Source of the DNA: the human T2T-CHM13v2.0 reference genome, Homo sapiens | Length of the DNA stretch: 64,000 nucleotides | Assembly (NCBI RefSeq): GCF_009914755.1 | Contig: NC_060930.1 | Reading direction: 5' to 3' (one strand) | In this document: positions 13,257 to 27,335 of the stretch, one piece after another | How the letters are laid out: each line of letters starts with the position of its first letter | How positions within the stretch are numbered: the first letter of the stretch is position 1 | Notes under the pieces: model-generated | The model's input: the letters and a program-made list of their open reading frames with translations, nothing else | The model's database searches: none | What the model was told of the DNA's origin: nothing | Translations under genes and position numbers: made by a program

Positions 13257-15997
13257 CTGAAAGATGTCAAAACACAAAGAGTGAGAAAACTTAAGAAAGA
13301 GACTAATGTTGAATAACAGTTACCAAATGAAACTTGACAACCAATTTAGATTACTCAAGGATTACAATTTATTTTTTCTATATATGAGATTAATATCTAG
13401 GCATACATATTTTATACTTGAGTCTAATGATCCATTTAAGAAAAAGGAAATTTATCTTAAAAAGACATTTTATCTTTGCCGCATATTTTCTATCAATTTT
13501 TTAAATATCTAGAATTTTTTATCTGTTTATAATAGTAATATTTGATCATTACAGAACAATTCTGTACAAATATAAAGAATATACACATTCTGAACAAATA
13601 TAAAGAATGAGAAAAAGAGCTATAATTCTATCATCAGAAGAAATTGTTAAAATATCACCTTAGTTTGCCTCAGTTCTTTTTGTGCATGGTTGAAATAATT
13701 ATCTTAGAATAAATATAACTATGTATATTTCAAAATATAATTTTAAATGTAACTTTTAAAATTTAACATTGTTACAATTCTTTTTCCATGTTATTTAACA
13801 TCTTTTAATACCACATAAAAATCAAATATATGTATTGTTTGACTATTAAGTTGCTTTTATTTTTTTCTCTATTTTATAATGCTACAGTGATAAACTGCAA
13901 ATGTTTTTCTCCATATATTTCAGATGATTTCCTTGAGAAAAAAAAAGCCAGCCATTTTAAACAGCCATTTATGCAATTTCAAGTTCTTAATTTTTGACAC
14001 TGTTTTTGTCCATCAGAGTATTTAAGCAAATTTTTCAAGAATGGTTAGTGATCCTTAAATTTTGAGCCTACTTATACCTGAAAATGTATTTCTGCTGCCT
14101 TTATATGTTTAAGACAACATATTGGCAATAAAATTTTTGAGTTAAAACTGCCTTTCCTCTAAGCCCATCTATGGACTTGCTCCATAATAAGAATTTAGAA
14201 AAATTCAGAGACCATATCATAAACTATTACTTATAATATGCAATTCATTTAAAAATTCCCAACTCAGTTCATTCAAGTGGGTAAAATTCAGGCTGGAGAA
14301 CAGTCTAAAATGCATATTATTTTGGAATAGAAGTTCGAGGTGTCTCCAGCAATAAACTAGGGTAATAAAACTTTCCTTAAGAGGTCTTTATCATTCCAAC
14401 ACTATTCACCAAGTAGTTATGATTCAAATTCACCTACCACTGTGGCGAGTGCATTCAAGGAACCAAAATGTGCCTAGAAATAGTTATGTCTCTTTAAGCA
14501 GTCTCCAGCAATATTGCCTTCACTCTAAATCTCCTCACCAAACTCCTCAGCTCAACTCCACAGCTCACTAAACTAATCATCAACACTGATTAAACACAAA
14601 TCAGAGGGTGGGGTGTTCAGGATTCACGGGACATGAATGTAAAGGAAAATAGTAACTTTTTGGAAGGTCCCAGAATGGCACAGTTTAACCATAGATTTTT
14701 TTTTTAATTAAAAAAGGTGGGAAATCAGTTAAATTTGAAGGTAAAAGTTGAATTCTGAAGTCAGAAATGATCCCACTGATGATTTTAAGACTTGACCTGA
14801 AAAATGGAGGCAGAGTTTACATCAAGAAATCTTCAAATCGCAAAGTTTAGAGACATAACCACTATTCATTTAGTTGCTAAGACGATCTGAGAGTTCTCCC
14901 TCAAAAATCCCTCCGATTCATCCCCCCTTTCTCATCTCCATAGCCAGCACCCCAATCAAAACCAATGTAATCTTGTGTAGACAGCTGCAACAACCCAGGG
15001 AAATGAGGTGGTGTAGGGAGTTTGAGGACACCTGTAGAAAGGGTGGAAGTCTGGTACCGCTTGTAAAAGTGAAACAGTACAAACCTAAGTCTTCAGATTT
15101 TGTCTCAGGAAGCAACGCAACTCTTGTGCGAGCAATCCATGAGCAGGAAGTGGTGAAATACTTTAAAGGTTTATTGAATTGCTCATTCTAGTTATCTGAT
15201 CATCTTGATAAATGTAGGGCAAGCAACAATGATGCCTTGGTTTTTCTGGTTTACTTTTCTGTGAGCATACACTACACAGCTGCTCCCAACCTGATCCCAC
15301 CATGCACATACATATGTGTAACCCACAGATATCTCTTGTTAGAAGTAAAATGTGTTAGATAAGTGTAACTTTCTTTCTTACTCTGCATACAGCTTCACCT
15401 AGATGAACTGTCACACACACACATACCTATCAGCTCTTATTTTGTAAGCTATGTTCTGACTTTATGAGCCTTGACAAGCTCAAGTAGCATGATATGAACT
15501 GCCCTCTACAGTTGGTAAAAGCTGAAAACTTAACCATGATAGTTTAACCATTTACAATTTGATCAGAAAATGAATGAATAATTATAGATAATGACAAAAC
15601 TAAATTTCATTGCCTTTTAAAAATACTGGGTGTCTAAGGTACTGATGAAACCTATATCCCTTAGACATACAGCCTTGATATAGGATTTATTCTTCTTATA
15701 GGACCATTTACCAAAGTTTACTGCAGCAAATATTTTTTGGCTATAACAGAAAAAAAATCCTAAAAATTTCCCAAATTAAATGAAAATAGTTTCATGATTA
15801 GCAGTTTATGCAATACGTGATTAAGTGTCTGTGGGTAGAGGGGGATGCTCAGCAATGTATTAATTAGGCAGGAAAGTCCCCACAATGTCTCATTTTCACA
15901 TCTGATTCCCTATGTGTGTATGAAGTCAAATCAATAAGTAGGTATATGACTAACTAATCTCTAAGATGCCTTCCAAATCTAAGATTCTGTGACTCAC

Positions 15998-16133
15998 CGG
16001 GGCTTCCACCATGTTTGGCTTGCTGTTCCTCAGTGTCTTTACTGCATGGAAAACATCGACAACATTTTGCCGTTTCACCATTTCAACAACGATGCCTATA
16101 GCACAGAACATGCCACTTCGCCCGCCACCATTT
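15998..16133 (-). CDS. PTPRK: D2 exon (136 nt): [45 protein letters not shown]
   Basis: Completes HCLNGGGRSG; tttcAG|AAAT ... CCG|gtgagt. Confidence 0.96.
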
Positions 16134-16639
16134 CTGAAAGCAAAGAAAGCAAAGGCATTTTAGATAGCAGCACCAAGTGACCACAGGTCACACCATCATA
16201 TATGTTTGGGAAAATAAGACATTGTAGTTTTAATTGTTTTCCATTTGTGTCTTAATTTTGCTTTATATGTGTACAAGGCAGAGAGGAGAAAACTTGAGGA
16301 TGAAATTAGATCAGTAGCTTATACTCAGGAAAATGCTATAGGCATAGATTGCTGCAATCTAGACTTTGAGATTCTGATATATTTGTAAACTGTGTAAATC
16401 AGAAGTTGTTACGAGTAGTGTTCCAAAGAGTTTAAATAATATAGCTATATAATAATCAATATTTAGAAAATATACAAAATAAACTTAGTAGTTAATTATA
16501 GACTCATGAGACAGGAAGACTGTTTAAAAATAACATCTATGGGAGGTCCATAAGATGCAAGCCAGATAGTCTTTAACATTGAAAATGAGAAAATAAGCAC
16601 CAAGGCCCCATGAATGACAGGCTGAGCTGCCCTACTCAC

Positions 16640-16803
16640 AGGCAGTGGATAATCGTCCGGCCTTCCCCTTCCTCGCATTCCTCCTGCCACTTTTCCACCT
16701 GAAGTATCAGTTTCAAGAATGACCTTTTGGATCCAGGCACTTCTCGATGAGAAGCCCATCCTAGGTACTGAAACTGTTGCACCATCAGATAACCTTCCTG
16801 TGG
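16640..16803 (-). CDS. PTPRK: D2 exon (164 nt): [54 protein letters not shown](L)
   Basis: ctacAG|CCA ... CT|gtgagt; degenerate WPD loop (WAS). Confidence 0.96.
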
Positions 16804-16999
16804 CTGTAGAGGGAAGTGTTTTTATGTAAATACGCTGGGACTACAATTTTTACTAAAAAGTAAAAGGTGCATATAATTTACAATACAAATGGCATCTACA
16901 CTGGATTGAGTCTAGCTGATATAAATCCTCAATATGTACATGCTAGTAAAAAAACATTCTAAGTGACAACAGCAGGAAACATGGCAATCATCCTTTATA

Positions 17000-17870
17000 C
17001 CTGTTTCTCCCTCGCACTATGTATCCAGTAATTCATTACTACGATTACATTTCCTAAATAACTTTCAGATTCATTGCCTTCTCTTTATCACCACTGACAT
17101 CAATACACTACTAGTCACAGGTTCTGATAATTACCTCCTAGCTGATCTCCCTGAATAAACTTTGATCTCCTTCCAGTCCATTCTTACTATAGGCATCATG
17201 ATTATTTTGAACTGCAGATACAATCTTGTCATTTCCTGCTTTAATGATTTTCAAATGATCTTAGCATAAAATCCAAATTGTTGTCATGGCTTAAAAAAAC
17301 TTATGTGATCTGGCTCCACCCCCTTCTTCAACTTTCTCTTTGTCTTCTTTTAATCCATATATCAAGTCTCTTCTTGCCTTGGGGACTTTGCATATACTGT
17401 ATGTACCCTTTGCCTTGAATACTTCTTCCTTGCTTGGTCTTCTCAATCCCAAATAGAATGACCAACTTGTCCCAGGTTGGCCTGGGACTTCTCTGGTCTT
17501 AGCACTGAAGGCTGTGTGTCTTGGGAAAGCTCCTGCCCTGGGCAAACCAGGATGGTGGGTTACATCAACCCCCAACTAATTTCTATTGATTCATTAAATT
17601 TTGGCTTAAATACTACTATCGCAAAGAGGTCATCTCTGATCACACAGTTATGTCAGATCACCCAGTTAAACACTCTATATTCTTTACTCTTTCACTGTAA
17701 AATGCATCACTTTTATACAAAAAGGATTATACAATTTTCATGTAATGCTTTTCTTCCTGAAAAAAATAAAGATTCCTTAAGTACACGGAAATCTTTTTTT
17801 CCTACACTCTGTATCAGTAGAACTTTGCATAATACTTCCCCAAAAGTAGTAGTGTTGAAAGAATGAATCA
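17000..17870 (+). mobile_element. L2 fragment (3' region)
   Basis: L2-type blocks (cctcctagctgatctccctg, ttagcataaaatccaaa, ...gttgaaagaatgaat end). Confidence 0.6.
17454..17568. mobile_element. hAT-Blackjack MITE (MER81-like) inserted in L2
   Basis: tagaatgaccaacttgtcccaggtt...gggcaaaccaggatggtgggttacatc; ~115 bp with degenerate inverted ends. Confidence 0.6.
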
Positions 17871-18658
17871 AAACCTTAAACCTTGAAATAAAAATATCAG
17901 GAAGAATATGTAATATATGAGTAAATCATATCAGATTGGCAAGAGCCCATGCATCTTTTGGTAGATTACAAGCCCTACTTAGTACTCTACAAACTTGTTG
18001 GTACATGTTAAATGTTTGATGCAGTTAAATATATTAAATATATTAAATGATGAGAGTGAGAACAGAAAAAAAATCATGTACTAATAAGGACCAGAATACC
18101 AAATACAGAGGCAGTTCAATAAGTAAGCAAACAAATAAATAAATATGCTGACAAAAATATAACATTTCAGTTCCTGTTCCTAGAATATTTTTCACATAAA
18201 CTGCTCAATTAACAGACAAGCCTTACTGTCTTCAGCAGTTCTGTTTTTTTCCAACTCAAATATTACTAGAACCATAATGTAACAGATGTGCAGACATAAT
18301 GAGATTCCATTTAAATTAACATCTAAGATATGCATGAATATTATGAGATGATTGAAGTTATCCTTTTTTTCTCCACTGAAATGAGCAATAGGAGTCGATA
18401 TGATTCCATTCCCTGCTCATAGTTATATACATATAGACTTATTAACCAGACACACACGTAGTCATTTTGATATGAGAGACACTGAAACATGATAATCCTA
18501 ATCACACACTTAAAATACATACCCACAGAGCTGGTGCTTTAAAAAACAGAGTAATGTTTCTCTCTAAAAAGAGCTTAATTTCATGAAAGTTACTAATGTT
18601 TTCTTTTCCAATTCTGCTTGTTATTTGGTTACATAATCTAAATTGTTTTTATTAATAT

Positions 18659-18946
18659 CTTTTTTTGGGGGACGAAGTCTCGCTCTATACAGCCTGGGGT
18701 GCAGTGGCGTGATCTCAGCTCACTACAACTTCTGCCTCCCGGGTTCAAATGATTCTGCTGCCTCAGCCTCCCCACTAGCTGGGACTACAGGCATGCCACC
18801 ACCATGTCCAGCTAATTTTTGTATTTTTAGTAGAGATGGGGTTTCACCACGTTGGCCAGGCTGGTCTTGAACTCCTGACCTTATGATCTGCCCGCCTTGG
18901 CCTCCCAAAGTGCTGGGATTACAGGCATGAGGCACTGTGCCCGGGC
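18659..18946 (-). mobile_element. AluS
   Basis: Reverse-complement dimer ending ...cactgtgcccgggc. Confidence 0.93.
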
Positions 18947-19632
18947 TTTATTAGCACTTTTTTTTTTAAGATCTTCCCCACCCACATTGAATTTGTCATG
19001 TAGTGGAAAGCAAATGAGGAGTCAGAGAAAGACGATACAGTTACTACTTTGCTGCTGGGAAAAGGCATGGTGGTAGCAGCACTGGTTCTACCTTTAGATC
19101 TGCTTAGAGCCATAGGTTGAGACGTTTAGGAAGATGAAATTGCAGGTAGGATAATCAATAATGAACTTGGAACAGTGACATGGAACCCTTCTATAATGGT
19201 TGATCCAACATGTCTCTTTCCTCCTGCAGTACAGTTTCTCTGTCATTATTGTTATTGCAATGTTCTTATTTTTTTATCACATGCCATTTCTGGGCTGGAT
19301 GTCAATACTAATAAAACATGCAGTCATCCTTAAGATAAGTCTACATACACTCAGAGGCCAGGCCTAGGCTGTCCAACTTGACTGAGCCAGTGCATCTGTA
19401 TTTCCTGAGAGAATATGCTAGTCTAGTGACTGACGGAAAAATCTAGCTTCCAGCATTTCTGTTTTCCTGTATTTTTATTCGAGTACTAAGGCATAAGATG
19501 GTTACTAGCTTTGAGGTGGATGATATAGTGCTTATTAATTGTAGTCTCCCTGTTGTCTGAATAAAATTATACCACATCTTGGTTATGACTGACCTATTCT
19601 AGATCAGCTCAAAGGATCCGATAGTGACTTAC

Positions 19633-19758
19633 TCTTGTTAGATTGCATATCCTAAAAATCCGGTTGATCACATCACAGTCCATTGAACAAGACATACATT
19701 CCACTTGGATGGGGCCATATCGTAGCATCCCTTCCTCTGGCCAGTACTGAGGGCAGCC
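19633..19758 (-). CDS. PTPRK: D2 exon (126 nt): GCPQYWPEEGMLRYGPIQVECMSCSMDCDVINRIFRICNLTR
   Basis: QYWP motif; tttAG|GGC ... AGA|gtaagt. Confidence 0.96.
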
Positions 19759-19897
19759 CTAAATGATGAACGTTTTGAAAGAAAAAAAAAAGAGTATTAT
19801 TTTTTCTAGTTAGGATAGTATAAAGCAGATTTTAGCAATTCATTACTACTCTATTAAGTTGTATATAAGTACATAAAAGCAATCCATAGCCATTAAC

Positions 19898-20029
19898 CTG
19901 GGACAAGTCGACTTCGTTTAACATCACAATGGAGGTACAGCCATAATCATACACTAATCTCCAGAAGTCTTTTACAGTGTTTGGCAGAGGGTATTGTGTG
20001 ACGATGAAAGCAGCTGGTTGCCTGTAGCT
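19898..20029 (-). CDS. PTPRK: D2 exon (132 nt): [44 protein letters not shown]
   Basis: DFWRLV motif; ORF 19832..20101; donor CAG|gttaat. Confidence 0.96.
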
Positions 20030-21198
20030 CTGTGAAGAAACAAGGTAGATGGAGAAATATAAAAACTTAAAATGTATGATCGGTTGTACAAACAGATACA
20101 ATACACTTCAATGTAGGACCAGTAAGATGCAATAGCTTCATATGCAGAAGGAGCCAGAGTGATGATTAAACCATGGAATAGGAGATTCAGACCACTGGAA
20201 TGAACTGAATTAGTACAGTAATGAATCAATTTGGTGGAAGACTTCAATGCTTCCAAAGCAATTCAAGTCAATAACTGAGTTTTTACTTTACTGAAAGACG
20301 TAAATACAGGACAAATACAAAAGAAGAAACTAAAAAGCTTCTGAGGTTAACATCCTCTGTAAGGTTCCTGTTGGGCTATTTCAATTTTCCAAACGTAATC
20401 AGTCTCTGAGAGGCTGAAGGCAAAGTAAGCACAAAACCCCTGGTATGTCTATCAATCATCTGGGTATGTGTATAGTGTGTGTGCGTGCAAGTAAAATTGT
20501 TTTACTCTTCTCCACTCCAAATAAGAAAAACCACAAGTAGCTCAAACACTTGTGCTTTTACATTATGTGGACACTACCAGGATATTCTGCACATCTTGCA
20601 GACAATCCACCTTCCACAGCTTCCTGGGCATTTCTAACATATATCAAAGGTCATAATGACAGTCTCAACCATTTAAGATCCTGAAGCACCAAAGCATAAC
20701 AGCAATATATTTCCTGTCCCCACATAAGCGGGGAGATAGCTCCTTGTTAACCAAGTCCTCCTTGATTAGAACACAATATATTATCTCTTTCCAAAGGGAG
20801 AAGTAGTAAAAACAATATTTATCTGGACTGGACAATTGCCATTTGATTTAAACTAATTATTTGCAATAATAATAATAATAATTAGTAGATTATAGAGTTC
20901 CCTAATGCTGACAAAAATTTTCAATGATCTTGTAACTCATTTGTATCATACTACTATTTAAGTCCTTCAAGAATCTTAACATCAGCACAGGAACTGGTTC
21001 TTGGACTTCACTGATGCTACCACCATTTGGGAAATGCTACCAACCATGGCATTCAGCGTTGGCTGAAGACTGCAGGATAAATCTGAGTAGATGACAATAA
21101 TAATTTACCTGGCTACTTCTAAATGACCTCAAAACCTTACCAAGTTACACGTGCAGCTGGGATGAGTGTCTCCTAAGAAAGGCAGGAAGGTTCATGAG

Positions 21199-21569
21199 TA
21201 ATATTGTTTGGCTCTGTGTCCCCACCCAAATCTCACCTAGAATTGTAATAATCCCCACATGTCAAGGGCAGGACCAGGTGGAGATAATTGAATCATGCAG
21301 GCAGTTTCCCCCATGCTGTTCTCCAGATAGTGAGTGAGTTCTCATGACATCTGGTGGTTTTATAAGGGGCTTCCCCCTTTGCTTGGCACTCCTTCCCCTT
21401 CCTGCCACCATGAGAAGAAGGACGGGTTTGCTTCCCCTTCGGCCATAATTGCAGGGATCCTGAGGCCTCCCCAGCCCTGTGGAACTGTGAGTCAATTAAA
21501 ACTCTTTCCTTTATAAATTACCCAGTCTCAGGTATGTTTTTATTAGCAGTGTGAGAATGAACTAATACA
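21199..21569 (+). mobile_element. THE1 (MaLR) solo LTR
   Basis: t(g/a)atattgtttggctctgtgtccccacccaaatctca ... actaataca; 5-bp TSD ATGAG on both sides. Confidence 0.93.
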
Positions 21570-22049
21570 ATGAGAAAAGTTAGAAGAAAGGAAGCTCTTC
21601 TTCCAATCAAATGTCTGCTCCATGCAAAGGTAAGTCAAAGCAGACTGACGGCTATCTACTCATTTTTTGAGCCACAGGGGAGGGGATATGCATGAGGAGG
21701 AGCTGATAAGAGAGGAGAAGACTGAAGACTTCCTATTCTTTTTCCCTCTAAATGCAGGAACATATGTAAGGCTTTGAAATTACAGAATTCTTGGCCCTAG
21801 CTCCTAATCCCTCATAGACCTGGCAAAAGGGTACTAATGATGGGGATAAAGGGTAGGGAGAAAGAAGTGAACAATAAACCCTGTTCTTGTAAATCAAACC
21901 AGCTTTACTTCTCCAACGGTTCATTTGCACTACTAAATCCCCAGAACAGCTTTAACTATGAAATGTCTTTTTTTTGAATCACAGGGGATTAAGCAGACAG
22001 TAAGAGCAGGTGGATTACAAGCTTCAACTTTCATACAGAAAAAAAGACA

Positions 22050-22277
22050 AGCTTGGACAAGAAAGCAAGACCCCATCTTTACAAAAAATAATAAAAAAAA
22101 AATTAGCTGGGCATGATGGCATACACCTTAGTTCTAGCTACTTGGTAGGCTGAGGTGGGAGGACCACTTGAGCCCAGGAGATTGAGGCTGCAGTCATCTG
22201 TGATCATGCACGACACTCCAGCCTGTGCTACAGAGTGAGAGCTTGTCTCAAAAAGAAAAAGAAAAAAGAAAAGAAAA
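22050..22277 (+). mobile_element. 5'-truncated AluJ-like element
   Basis: End of left arm plus right arm (ggaggaccacttgagcccagga..tgaggctgcagt), (GAAAA)n tail. Confidence 0.85.
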
Positions 22278-22537
22278 GGAGACAATCTGGACATTGAGAA
22301 AAATTTGACAAAGATGCCAATGGCAAAAAATTCAAAGGCATCAATGCTTTTCTAAATATTATTATTTTCTCCTTTTCTTGTTCACACATCCTTTTTTTAT
22401 TCCATATTTAGATGCAGAAATGAAAAAGTATTGTATGCCATCTCTCTATTTAGTATATTTGCCTTTCCAGACACCTAATATAAAAAGAAAAGGTATAATT
22501 AGGATTTAATGTGATTTCAGTGGATGTGATTAATGGC

Positions 22538-22611
22538 CAGGCAAGACTCCGATCACAGCAAGGATGAGAGCTTTTCACAGGCAAGAGTGACCACAGCAAG
22601 GACGAGAGCCT
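22538..22611. repeat. Diverged two-copy tandem repeat (~40-bp period)
   Basis: caggcaagactccgatcacagcaaggatgagagct / caggcaagagtgaccacagcaaggacgagagcct. Confidence 0.75.
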
Positions 22612-22909
22612 GCCTTTAGACTATTCCGCTTTGCAGCACCAAAAAGAGTAAAGTAACTGGTGAAGACTACTCGTAGAAACAGAATGTGGGCTTAACAGGA
22701 ACAATAACTTAGAAAGCCTGTTATAGTCAGAAAGAAATGAACCGTGGCTTCTAATTTCTCCTTGATATGGTTTCATAGGAGAAAGGGCAAAAGCTAGAAA
22801 TGAAGGCAGTAAACTGTTTAAAAAGATTATAAACCATGATAGCTTTCTTGCTTCTTTCCAACATAATCAAAGTAAAGTGGCCAAAGTCATAATTTAAAAC
22901 TTTCTTTCC

Positions 22910-23546
<637 letters not shown>

Positions 23547-24090
23547 TTAAGATTTTAGAATGGGGCAAGATTGTTCTTTCATTATGATGGATGTGTTAAC
23601 ATAATACCATCCATCCCCTCTCTAGTTACTTATAATAGTCCTTATTGATTAATGGCCAACAAATTAATTGTAAATTATTGAAACATTAAATGTCAGAAAT
23701 AAAAATTTCCCAAATTAACATGATTTTTGTAGGATTTGGCATTCTGTGATTTAAAAAATTCATTTCTAATTATATTCAAAATAGATAAGGCATGATTTTC
23801 TTTTCTGAAAATAATTAAGATGAAATTTATAACTTGCAATATTTACTACATGAATATAATAATTGACAATCAAGCTCCAAATCTACAATAAAGCTATAAA
23901 AATGACAGTTCTTAAGAATCTCTATAGGGAAAACCTAAAATCATTTTCCAAAAAAATGTGTTTCAATAAAAGTTTCCACTTTTCCTTTTTAGGTTATTTT
24001 AATTTCCTCGAAAAGAAAACTAGCCAGTGTTCAGTTGCATTATGTAGCTTTCCACAACACTCTACACTAACAAAGAGGGCAGTCTCTTAC

Positions 24091-24264
24091 GTCCATAAGA
24101 GCAGCATTGATGTAGTTACTGCTCTCCCCATCAATTGTAATTAAAAAAGGCAGACATCTGTCAGGTGGCAGCATGTCCATGAAACGGTTCTTGTCATGGT
24201 TCCTTGGCAGGCACGCTATACTGCAGTCTTCAGCTTGTAGTCGAGGGGTGACTGAATTCAGAGT
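24091..24264 (-). CDS. PTPRK: D2 exon (174 nt): [58 protein letters not shown]
   Basis: KNRF and YINA motifs; ttttAG|ACT ... GAC|gtaaga; phase 0-0. Confidence 0.96.
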
Positions 24265-24792
24265 CTAAAAAGAAAAGAGAACCCAGGTTAAAAGACAGTG
24301 TGACCCATTTAACAGTATAACACAGATCCATCAGGAATTTAGAAGGCCAAGTAGAAAGTGAAGGATTTGTGCGAGGCAATGGCATTTGCTACTATGACAG
24401 GCTGATAGACCTTGTAGTTAAAGCTAATGAAGCCTGAGAAGTGACAAAGAAACAAGACACACATTGTTCAGGGCTCCTCTTCTTAAAAGGAAAAGGTACG
24501 CTAAACAACACTGCTACCTGCAAAATGCATTGCCTTAACCAAAGAAAATGCAATCGGGCAGTCCATTATGATAATGACCCTTCATCACACTGGGAAACGG
24601 TATCATTTGTAGTAACATCTGGGCTTGCCATATTTGAAGATAAGCTATGGCATGTTGGAAAGAGCACTGGATCAACAATCAAAGAATTTGGTCTCTGCCC
24701 TTGATTTTATTTTCACCCACCTTCAGGGGTGTTTTAAGGGCAGTGAAAACATTTAGGGCTATTTTGAAATAACATGTACTACAAACTTCATT

Positions 24793-25113
24793 TATTATTA
24801 TTATTACTATTATTATTTTTGAGACAGGGTCTTACTCTGTTGCCCAGGTTGGAGTGCAGTGGCAATATCTTGGCTCACCACAGCCTTCCAGGGTTAAGCA
24901 AACTTCCAGGGTCAAGCAATCCTCCCATCTCAACCTCCTGAGTAGCTGGGACTACAGGCATGCACCACCACACCCGGCTATTTTTTATATTTTTTGTAGA
25001 GATGAGGTTTTGCCATGTTGGCCAGGCTGGTCTTGAACTGCTGACCTCAAGATCTGCCTGCCTTGGCATCCCAAAGTGCTAGGATTATAGGTGTGAGCTG
25101 CCACTGAACCCAG
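24793..25113 (-). mobile_element. AluJ with (TTA)n tail and an internal 18-bp duplication
   Basis: gagacagggtctt, caagcaatcctcccatctca (AluJ-type). Confidence 0.9.
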
Positions 25114-25239
25114 ACTCAGTTATAATTAATGTGCTTGATCTCATCACATTGTGAGTGACCCAGGTCAAAATCTGTATGACTGCATGAAAAAAAGGCTATA
25201 AATACACACTAAATACACACAAATCACCACTCATTTTGA

Positions 25240-25548
<309 letters not shown>

Positions 25549-25805
25549 TAATTTTTGACTTTTATGATACCTTTCCCCTTTGCTCTTCCCTAAGTCTGAA
25601 CTTATTTGTCATTTTGGATATAGTAGATATAAATTCATCAATAGAAAAGTGACTATATAATATGTATAATGAAAGAGATACGTATTGTATTTAAAACAGG
25701 ATCAAAGGTTATAAATTTGACTTGAAAGACCTTCCTTGAAAGGATTCCTAGCGCCCAGAACAAATTGTAGTAAGTCACAAAAGAGGTTTTAGAAATAGTT
25801 AATAC

Positions 25806-25955
25806 CTGAAATTCATCCTTGAGATGTGAAGAGTTAGTCTGGGAGTCTATTCTAATCATATCAAAATATGCAGCTTTAAATTCACAGACAGGTATGGCAG
25901 TTTCTCCACATAAGCAGGCTTCTAAAATGGCATCATGAATAAAAATGTACTGTTC
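25806..25955 (-). CDS. PTPRK: D1 end / linker exon (150 nt): [50 protein letters not shown]
   Basis: QYxF motif; ggtAG|GAA ... CAG|gtatta. Confidence 0.96.
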
Positions 25956-26216
25956 CTACCAAAAGAATGAAAAAGAAAATTTTGTACTAGTTTTAGTATC
26001 ACTTTTCTGTCATCAAAGTTAGGAAATACAGAAAATTTTCTCTATATGGAAATATGAATTAAAACACCAATATTTTTCTATATGACTCAGCTAATATTGA
26101 TTACACATGAAAAACATCTCTTTCGGTTGAGTAGAGTATATATGAGAGACATCTACTCTTTGTTTGCAAAAAAAATAAAAAATAAAAAAAAGTCCACTAC
26201 AGGTAAATCTACATAC

Positions 26217-26352
26217 CTCTGTCTGGACCATATTAATACGCCGAGATCTTAAGGCTTTGACACAATTGTAAATATCAACAACACCCTCTCTTTCAGCCAT
26301 GTCTAGCATGATGTCAATCACAATGTAGCAGCCAGTTCGTCCAGCACCAGCA
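26217..26352 (-). CDS. PTPRK: D1 exon (136 nt): [45 protein letters not shown]
   Basis: Completes the [10 protein letters not shown] signature; Q-loop; ORF 26091..26363. Confidence 0.98.
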
Positions 26353-27074
26353 CTGAAAAACAATTAAATTTAATGAATTGTAAGAAGCATGTTAGTCTTC
26401 ATAACCTTAAATAAGGACTTTTTCCACTGTCAGATAGGTAGAATCAAATTGATTTAACAAACTGCAAGGCACAGCACTTGTCCCTGCTGTGTAAAAGCTT
26501 ATTAATGTACAAATAGCTTCATGCAGAGTATCTGCTTTGGTATAAACTAAAGATTGGAACAAGAGTTCTAAATTATTTTCAAATTGAAAATAACACTGTT
26601 TAAGTTCCACACCTCTCTCACAATTTTCATTTTATGTAAATTTAATACACATAATTTCAAGTTCATAGAATTGATCAAGTGGCAGATTCACGCTTCAAAA
26701 TTTAACTCAAGATTGAATATTTTTAGATTCATCTAGTTGTGTGTCCTCTGGCAACAATGTGAGAATGTTGGCTCACTCACTGTCTTCACCTCTTGTAAAT
26801 ACCAAGGCAAAAGAAAATTAATTCCCAAAACTTTAAACGGGAAATCTGAGGAGCCACGCTTCACAGGAAATGCAAATGGTGGGGGTGGGCAAGAGAATGA
26901 CGGTTATCAAAGGGGAGGAGAGTAACAGTGTAAAGACTATTTGAATCATGATCTGAAGAGAAATGAAAATGAATTATTAGGTGTAGAATATGATTCCCAG
27001 CAAATCAAAAGGCTAGCCGCTATCTTACTGTATTTAATTCTAAAGTTAATTTTTAAAAATACTTTTAAAAAATT

Positions 27075-27335
27075 ATATTTTAGTCTTTAATTGGCAAATA
27101 ATAATGTATATATTCTTGGGTACATAGTGATATTTTAATACACATAATGTAGAGTGATCAGAAAAGGGTGATTGGCATATGCGTCCTCTCAAACATGTAT
27201 CATTTATGTTGTGAACATTCAGTATCTTCCTTCTAGCTCTCTCAAACTAAACATTATCATTTACCAGACTCATCCTACAGTGGTACAGAACACTAAAATG
27301 TATTCCTCTATCTCACCATATTTTGTGTCCTTTAA
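27075..27335 (-). mobile_element. L1MA-type 3' end fragment
   Basis: tgtatatattcttgggtacatagtgatattttaatacacataatgtagagtgatcag...cctacagtggtacagaacactaaa. Confidence 0.7.

Noticed and set aside
14874-15191. 105-aa + strand ORF in the last intron
   Set aside because: Non-ATG start, no homology recognised; chance ORF length.
24885-24919. 18-bp duplication inside the AluJ, and a 14-bp duplication at 4511-4538 in the L1
   Set aside because: Slippage or insertion by-products within repeats; no sign of function.
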